From Candidatus Moraniibacteriota bacterium (GTDB lineage: Bacteria; Patescibacteriota; Minisyncoccia; Moranbacterales; UBA9337), in assembly GCA_038331135.1 (NCBI GenBank), contig JBBQOS010000001.1, positions 9,140-73,139 of the forward strand: a stretch of DNA of 64,000 bases, written 5' to 3'. The notes below the pieces were generated by a model, which made no database searches, was not told the DNA's origin, and worked only from the letters and a program-made list of their open reading frames with translations. The position numbers and the translations under genes are program-made. Of the stretch, positions 59,105-64,000 are shown piece by piece. Each line of letters opens with the position of its first letter. The first letter of the stretch is position 1.

Positions 59105-61537
59105 TTAGATCTGCCACTTTTCTCTTTGCTCTTGGGTTACATCCTCTCCATCGTCTTTAATTTGATTGTCAGGGCTCTCTTTATTATCTGGATTATTTCC
59201 GCCAGATAAAATCTCTCGAGGTTTAGAACCATCCGCCTCTCCCACTATGCCATCTCTTTCTAGACTATCAATTAACCGCGCAGCTCTATTATAACCGATT
59301 CTAAATCTTCTTTGCAACAATGAAGCTGAAGCCTTGCCCACTTTCAAAACGAATTCTTTAGCTTCGCTATAAATAGCATCTTCATCTTCACTCTCTTGAG
59401 AAATAGAAAAATCAACTTTTCCGAAATTATCTACAGTGGCATCATGTCGAGAGCTAGCGCCGATACTTATTTCATCTTCTATATCGTCATCCTCATCTTT
59501 TTTATAAATTCGCTCAGCTTGCTCTATAATGTGATCGACCACCCTTCTTACTTCCTGCTCTGAAACAAAAGAATTTTGCAATCTCCTTGGCTTAGGAGAC
59601 TCCGAAGATAAAAATAATAAATCACCTTTGCCCAAAAGATTTTCCGCCCCGCGCATATCAATAATTGTTCTTGAATCAATTTGGCTTGCCACCTGAAGAG
59701 CAATCCTAGTAGTAATATTAGCTTTAATAATACCAGTTAAAACTTCCACACTGGGGCGCTGAGTAGAAATAATTAAATGAATTCCAACGGCTCTAGCCAT
59801 TTGAGCTAAACGCATTATCGCACCCTCCACATCTTTTCCATGCGAGACCATCAAATCCGCCAACTCATCTATTATAATAACAATAAAAGGTAACTTCTTT
59901 AATTGCTCTTTCACTACCTCGCTCGTATCAGGATCGATAATATCGCGCGTCATACCTTTTTTAAACTTTTGCAAATACGACTCCAAATCTCTTGATCCAA
60001 CTGATTCTAGAATTTTATAACGCTCCTCCATTTCTCTCACTGCCCATTTCAATGAGTTAACTACTTTTTTATTATCTGTAATAACTGGCGATAATAGATG
60101 TGGAATCTTATTGTAAAGAGAAAGCTCTACTCGTTTGGGATCAACTAAAATCATTTTTAAATCATCGGGAGAATTTTGAAAAAGTAAGGATAAAATTATT
60201 GAATTTATACAAACACTTTTGCCGGTTCCAGTTGCTCCGGCAATTAATAAATGTGGCATCTTTCCCAAATCTCCGATAATAAAATTACCTTCAACGTTTT
60301 TTCCCAGAGCCAACGATAATGGAGATTTACTCTCTTTAAACTCTTGACTATCTAAGGCATTTTTTAATCTTATCATGATTGACTTTTTATTAGGGACTTC
60401 TATTCCAATCAATGATTTTCCGGGAATGGGTGCTTCTATTCTAATTGGATGAGCAGCCAATGCCAAAGCCAAATCATCACCCAAAGCTACAATTTTACTC
60501 AATCGAACACCGACAGCTGGACGAAAACTATACTGAGTTACAGCTGGTCCTATTTTTACTCCTCCGTCTTCTAGGGCAATTCCAAAATTAGAAAAAGTAT
60601 CTTTAATGATATCTATATTTTCGTCAATGTTCCCGCTATACGCCTCTCCTATGGATTCATCTAGCAGCGTAAGGGGCGGCAATTTCCATAAATCTGCAGA
60701 AATTTTATTTATTTTAATAGGCTTAATATTTTTAGGCTTATTTCCAAAAGATGCGCTTTTGATATTAAATTCACCATCTTCATCGACTGAAATATCTTCA
60801 TCATTCTTTTTATTAGCGCTTGGTCCTTCGACAAATTTAACCTCCTTGATATTATAGGCTAGACTTTCTCTTTCTACATCAACTGAAATATCTTCTTTTT
60901 TATCATCACTAAAATCCTCTTCTTTTAAGCTAGACCCTCCACTGTTATTAATTTTTTCAGATTTATTTTTTATTTCTTCTGTTTGCGCTTTTTTAGTTTT
61001 AATTAAATTAATAAAAAATTCAACCACTGAAAAATTAAAAGCAATCATAACTCCTATAGAAAAAAATGCTATCAGAAAAATAATTCCCACAATTTTACCC
61101 GTTAACTTTATCAAATAAAAAGCTATTAAATATCCGATATACCCACCACCTTGTCCATTCTTGGCTACGGTTAATAGCAAATTACTTTCATAAAAAATAT
61201 GAAAAAATCCCAATAAGCTCAAGAAAGCAATAATTAAACCGGCTATTTTAACTACATAAAAAACTGTTTTTTTCTTGTATAACAAAACTATCGCCATTAA
61301 AAATAAAGTGATTGGAAATAACCATTTTCCCCAACCAAAAATCATCCCACCTATTTTATCCAAAAAATTGCCAAAAGCTCCCCCTGAATCAAGAAATCCA
61401 AAAGAAAATAAAATAGTCATCAGCAACAAAAGCACAATCGCTATTCCGCGTTTAACACTATTTTTTAAATTCAAATTAAAATCTTCTTCGATATTTTTTT
61501 CTTCTTTTGTATTTTTCTCCCTTGATTTATTTCTCAT
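59105..61537 (-). CDS. ftsK: DNA translocase FtsK/SpoIIIE
   Basis: N-terminal TM helices. Walker A GATGTGKSV. C-terminal gamma winged helix (LLQRRFRIGYNRAARLID). Confidence 0.9.
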   Translation of the reverse strand: MRNKSREKNTKEEKNIEEDFNLNLKNSVKRGIAIVLLLLMTILFSFGFLDSGGAFGNFLDKIGGMIFGWGKWLFPITLFLMAIVLLYKKKTVFYVVKIAGLIIAFLSLLGFFHIFYESNLLLTVAKNGQGGGYIGYLIAFYLIKLTGKIVGIIFLIAFFSIGVMIAFNFSVVEFFINLIKTKKAQTEEIKNKSEKINNSGGSSLKEEDFSDDKKEDISVDVERESLAYNIKEVKFVEGPSANKKNDEDISVDEDGEFNIKSASFGNKPKNIKPIKINKISADLWKLPPLTLLDESIGEAYSGNIDENIDIIKDTFSNFGIALEDGGVKIGPAVTQYSFRPAVGVRLSKIVALGDDLALALAAHPIRIEAPIPGKSLIGIEVPNKKSIMIRLKNALDSQEFKESKSPLSLALGKNVEGNFIIGDLGKMPHLLIAGATGTGKSVCINSIILSLLFQNSPDDLKMILVDPKRVELSLYNKIPHLLSPVITDNKKVVNSLKWAVREMEERYKILESVGSRDLESYLQKFKKGMTRDIIDPDTSEVVKEQLKKLPFIVIIIDELADLMVSHGKDVEGAIMRLAQMARAVGIHLIISTQRPSVEVLTGIIKANITTRIALQVASQIDSRTIIDMRGAENLLGKGDLLFLSSESPKPRRLQNSFVSEQEVRRVVDHIIEQAERIYKKDEDDDIEDEISIGASSRHDATVDNFGKVDFSISQESEDEDAIYSEAKEFVLKVGKASASLLQRRFRIGYNRAARLIDSLERDGIVGEADGSKPREILSGGNNPDNKESPDNQIKDDGEDVTQEQREKWQI

Positions 61538-61719
61538 AATTAGCTTTTTAGTTTCTTAACAAGCAACTTTTTATTTCTTTTTAGTTTTTTAATTTTTGGA
61601 TTTATAAAATTATAATATTTTTCCCAAAACACTACACTAAAACATGGTTGACTATAGACCGCTAAGCCAAAAACACCAGCTAAGTCAATTTTAACACAAA
61701 AAATGTTTTTTCGATAACA

Positions 61720-62892
61720 TTAAAATTCTACTGTTATTTCAATGCTTTTGCCCCCCCTTAGCACTCCCAAAACAGCTGAGTTTCCCTTCTCGTATTGGTT
61801 TATAAAATTTGATAAAGGATGAGTAGTATTAATTTCATTTCCATCTATTGAAAGAATTAAATCATTTATTGCTAGTCCATTTTTTTCAGCTGAACTATCT
61901 GCCAGTATAGCTAAACCTTGCTTGCCGGTAGCAGAATAAATCAGAGCGCCCTTGTCTGATGAAAGATTTTTTAAATTTTTGTAATAGGGGTTAACTGAAA
62001 TATAGTAAATTCCCAACTTGGCGGATTGCTCAACTCTGTTTTCAACAATCTTTTGCATAGACTCTCTAATTACTTCAATTGGGATTTGAAAATATTTTTT
62101 ATTACTGTCAACTTCAATTTTTGCATTTATAGCTAATAGTTCTCCCTCATAATTTATAATTGGCCCACCGACATATTTATCATCTTCGTTAAAATCAACA
62201 CGCAAAACACCCTCCAGCTTTTCAGATGAAGCAATCTCTCCCCCTGCCAAATTAAAACTCTCATCAAAACCAGTTAATATCCCGTCAGTCAAATAAACTT
62301 TTTGTAATCCTGATAAATTTCCAATAACTATAACTTTTTTACCTGAATTGCTGATACTGCTACTCGCAAAAGGTATGGTGGTTAAATTAAATCCTTCTAC
62401 TTTTAGATATGCTAAGTTGGTAAAGTCATCTATACCCAAAAGTTTTGCATCCAAAACATTGCCACCCAATGTGACTACTTTATACTCAGCATTTTTTTCG
62501 ATGATGTTAGTTCTATAGGTAACAATGATACCATCATTAGTCAAAATAGTCCCTGCTCCCTCTTGCCCACTAGAATATTTTTCAGCGTCGATAACTGCCG
62601 GATTAATTTTTTTGTTATCTTCGCGTTTCTCAAAAGAAAGAATATTTACCACAGCATAAACCGCACTTGACGCTATTTCGCTTATTGAATCATCCTCTCT
62701 AACTATGACTCTCTCTGTTTTAGTAATAAACGTAGTGTTTTTGTTATCACTATTAAAAATTTCCAATCTAGAGAAAACTTTGGATTTAACAAATAACGGC
62801 GTCAGATATCTACTTAAGAACAAATTTCCCACCCAACCGAAAAACATCACCGCTACTAAAATTAAAAATATTTTAAACATTTTTTTCTTCAT
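61720..62892 (-). CDS. HtrA/DegP-like trypsin-fold protein with PDZ domain; catalytic triad substituted (predicted inactive pseudoprotease)
   Basis: Aligns to DegP around the His (TNNHVV here TYRTNII), the Asp (DIAL here NLAY) and the Ser (GNSGGP here KYVGGP). C-terminal PDZ (LAINDLILSIDGNEI). Confidence 0.6.
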   Translation of the reverse strand: MKKKMFKIFLILVAVMFFGWVGNLFLSRYLTPLFVKSKVFSRLEIFNSDNKNTTFITKTERVIVREDDSISEIASSAVYAVVNILSFEKREDNKKINPAVIDAEKYSSGQEGAGTILTNDGIIVTYRTNIIEKNAEYKVVTLGGNVLDAKLLGIDDFTNLAYLKVEGFNLTTIPFASSSISNSGKKVIVIGNLSGLQKVYLTDGILTGFDESFNLAGGEIASSEKLEGVLRVDFNEDDKYVGGPIINYEGELLAINAKIEVDSNKKYFQIPIEVIRESMQKIVENRVEQSAKLGIYYISVNPYYKNLKNLSSDKGALIYSATGKQGLAILADSSAEKNGLAINDLILSIDGNEINTTHPLSNFINQYEKGNSAVLGVLRGGKSIEITVEF

Positions 62893-63013
62893 TTTTTTAT
62901 TGAGCCTAAATTAATTACTTAAATACATTATACAATATTTATGCCAAGCTAGTACATCTTTAAATTTTTTAACCATATCGTTTGGACGTCCGACTTTTTT
63001 GCAATCAAACTAT

Positions 63014-63754
63014 TTAAATATTGGGCAACCATATTGAACCATACAAAACAACACTGCTTGCAATTATGAAAAATATCAAATTTACTAATACTCTTTTGAC
63101 TGACAGGATGTTTTTAAAATAATTTTGAGATAAGTCCCAAATTATATAATAAAACATTAGCAACACAATTCCAGTAGTGAGATATCCAAATGGCCAAAAA
63201 TTTATTACCCAGCCCATTTCCAAGACTCCGAAGCCTATAATTAGACTATACACTAGGACCTTTTTTTTATTTTCTTGACCGATTAATAAGAAATATTGAT
63301 AGCTAATGAGCGCTATATTACAAAAATAAAAAGACATTAGCATCCAGGAAGGAATGTCAAAATTCAAGTAAATGCCATACGAGGCTGAAAAAAACAAAAA
63401 AATAACAGCCATCGTTGACATTGCAATCGAACCCTTGGCTGTTTCACTCTCGGGCTTTTTTGATATTCGATAGATTCCAAATAGAAAAAAGTAGTTTACT
63501 AATCCGCTGATTGCTATAAAAATATGTTTTTCAACGCTATAATCTATAAGATGCAAAATTGTCCAAACTGAAACATACAACACAGTAATAATGAACAATC
63601 CTGACTGAACTTTGGAATAAATCCGAAAAGAAGCTAATGAAGAAAACAAAAAGACAAAAAATAAAATCCAAAAAGATCCTCTGTAGAAAAGCATTAACTC
63701 CAACAAGAAGATGAAAATAATTGATTGAAATATGGCTGGCAGATATAGAAACAC
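63014..63754 (-). CDS. polytopic membrane protein, hypothetical
   Basis: Highly hydrophobic 246-aa ORF. Confidence 0.45.
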   Translation of the reverse strand: MFLYLPAIFQSIIFIFLLELMLFYRGSFWILFFVFLFSSLASFRIYSKVQSGLFIITVLYVSVWTILHLIDYSVEKHIFIAISGLVNYFFLFGIYRISKKPESETAKGSIAMSTMAVIFLFFSASYGIYLNFDIPSWMLMSFYFCNIALISYQYFLLIGQENKKKVLVYSLIIGFGVLEMGWVINFWPFGYLTTGIVLLMFYYIIWDLSQNYFKNILSVKRVLVNLIFFIIASSVVLYGSIWLPNI

Positions 63755-63865
63755 GGAATAAATAGAAAAAAATTAAAAACACATCTCACTCAAAAATAAC
63801 GCAGCGAAAAAAATAATTCGAAATCCATAAGCATATTCTTGTTGCAAAATGGAATGACCGATTTT

Positions 63866-64000
63866 CTATTGCTCAAAAGAAATAGCGTTAACTGGACAGC
63901 TATCAATAGTTTCCTGACAATTGCAATCTCCACATTCATCGGCGATAACCACTGATTTTCCTTTCTCTATATCCATTTTAAAAACAGTTGGACAAATAGC
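63866..64000 (-). CDS. Cys-rich ferredoxin-like protein, 3' end in window (N-terminus may lie beyond window edge)
   Basis: Minus-strand frame ...AICPTVFKMDIEKGKSVVIADECGDCNCQETIDSCPVNAISFEQ* with ferredoxin-like CPVNAI. Frame is open to the window edge. Confidence 0.3.
   Translation of the reverse strand, partial: AICPTVFKMDIEKGKSVVIADECGDCNCQETIDSCPVNAISFEQ

Noticed and set aside
1-64000. Alternative genetic code (UGA sense codon), as seen in some reduced-genome lineages
   Set aside because: RF2 is present with a UGA-dependent frameshift site. Well-supported genes (for example the kinase ending at 2495) terminate in TGA.

Overview
This is an AT-rich (about 30% GC by eye), tightly packed bacterial window with short intergenic spacers and a type IV pilus-like minor-pilin cluster. 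The gene content is compatible with a reduced-genome (CPR/Patescibacteria-like) organism. The genetic code is standard: RF2 is present with the canonical CUU-UGA-C +1 frameshift, and genes end in TGA.

Housekeeping content:
- Translation and transcription factors: rnc, nusB, rpmF, prfB, prfA-prmC, frr, aspS.
- DNA maintenance and division: SMC-like, uvrA, recA, ftsK, rodZ-like.
- Metabolism and transport: dxs, folD, an Nramp transporter.
- Signalling: two sensor kinases and two single-domain response regulators.
- Cell envelope: glycosyltransferases (GT1, processive GT2, MraY/WecA-type GT4) and a Wzz-like protein.
- tRNA cluster: Lys(UUU), His(GUG) and Arg(UCG).

The standout feature is a roughly 5.7 kb GC-rich (about 40-50% GC) foreign island at about 23.55-29.3 kb, inserted directly 3' of tRNA-Arg next to a tRNA 3'-half remnant with an encoded CCA. 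The island carries:
- an extra tryptophanyl-tRNA synthetase;
- a Leu/Phe/Val/Trp-type amino-acid dehydrogenase plus a class-I aminotransferase operon preceded by a recognisable T-box leader (AAGGUGGCACCGCGG core plus terminator);
- a YbaK/ProX-type aminoacyl-tRNA deacylase co-transcribed with an unknown 320-aa protein.

Both trpS and the deacylase are preceded by near-identical ~270-nt structured leaders in inverted orientation.

Other notable items:
- an HtrA-like protein with all three catalytic residues replaced;
- a nucleotidyltransferase-AlkD fusion;
- a truncated RhuM/Doc-Fic gene;
- a hinge-less SMC-like protein;
- several GC-rich or palindromic intergenic elements that may be small RNAs.
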